DNA of 5,200 nucleotides, taken from assembly GCA_964496415.1 (NCBI GenBank), contig CAZBZN010000032.1, forward strand, positions 1-5,200, written 5' to 3'. This DNA comes from Candidatus Micrarchaeota archaeon (lineage in GTDB: Archaea; B1Sed10-29; JAJRYS01). The notes under the pieces were generated by a model. It made no database searches, was not told the DNA's origin, and worked only from the letters and a program-made list of their open reading frames with translations. The translations under genes and the position numbers were made by a program. This document shows, one piece after another, positions 4,918-5,200 of this stretch; the stretch's first letter is position 1; every line of letters starts with the position of its first letter.

Positions 4918-5185
4918 CCAGGACTATCACTCCGGCTTCGGGAAACACGTCTTCCATGCTGTAACTCTCGGCGGCCCCATCAGCCGCGTACGGCTGGCGG
5001 ACAGGTAGGTGGGTTTCCGCTGACGCTTCAACCCACCGCACTGTGGCAGTAAGCATCTCTTTTAAGGGGCCGTAGTGTAGCATGGTCTATCACCCAGGCT
5101 TGGGGTGCCTGTAACCCGAGTTCAAAAACATGAGAAGACGTGTTAAAAAAAGCCGGTAACCCCAGTTCAAATCTGGGCAGCCCCA
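4903..5185 (+). tRNA. tRNA-Pro: tRNA-Pro(CGG) with a 208-nt 37/38 intron (4943-5150); exons 4903-4942 and 5151-5185
   Basis: Acceptor GGGGCTG/CAGCCCC plus A5185, anticodon stem CCGGC(4932-36)/GCCGG(5152-56) with CGG at 4939-41, T-arm CCCAG-TTCAAAT-CTGGG. BHB geometry has bulges GG|A and AA|A, but only 2 of 4 central pairs form. The mature tRNA would be 75 nt. Confidence 0.92.
4966..5126 (+). tRNA. tRNA-Pro: Circularly permuted tRNA-Pro(GGG) nested in the tRNA-Pro(CGG) intron: 3' piece 4966-4979, 5' piece 5066-5126
   Basis: The 5' piece runs GGGGCCG...CAGGC-TTGGGGT-GCCTG-TAAC-CCGAG-TTCAAA (anticodon GGG at 5102-04). The upstream T-CTCGG-CGGCCCC-A completes the T-stem (CCGAG/CTCGG) and acceptor stem (GGGGCCG/CGGCCCC) perfectly. 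The mature tRNA would be 75 nt. Confidence 0.87.
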
Positions 5186-5200
5186 TACAGCTTCAAAAAG

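Noticed and set aside
4895..5083. 62-aa minus-strand ORF
   Set aside because: It is antisense to the nested tRNA-Pro locus and is likely a by-product of GC-rich structured RNA.
5066..5185. Reading 5066-5185 as one ordinary tRNA-Pro(GGG) with a T-loop intron
   Set aside because: It would need a C-A mismatch in the acceptor stem and an A-G mismatch in the T-stem, and it leaves 4903-4942 and 4966-4979 unexplained. The nested model pairs all four pieces perfectly.

Overview
Archaeal genomic window (rpl40e, rpl41e/eS32, BHB-type tRNA introns, TATA-like promoters; DPANN-like by inference). Protein genes: a 5'-partial PNPOx-like FMN-binding protein, a truncated HD-domain fragment, a 369-aa orphan with an HTH-like N-terminus, three winged-helix regulators, rpl40e, an unannotated rpl41e and an NAD-dependent epimerase/SDR. 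The striking part is the tRNA architecture. tRNA-Ser(CGA) has two introns, one a 123-nt intron in the T-loop. tRNA-Glu(TTC) has a 127-nt structured intron and a downstream duplicate of its 3' end. tRNA-Pro(CGG) (4903-5185) has a 208-nt intron that contains a complete, circularly permuted second tRNA-Pro(GGG): its 3' piece (4966-4979) lies upstream of its 5' piece (5066-5126), joined by a BHB-like motif at 59/60. The long inserts of all three tRNA loci share a TYCGCT-N1-2-YGCT(T)CARCC motif, and the Ser and Glu introns share a GGGY-TGC-RCCC hairpin. All pairings were derived by eye; no software was run.
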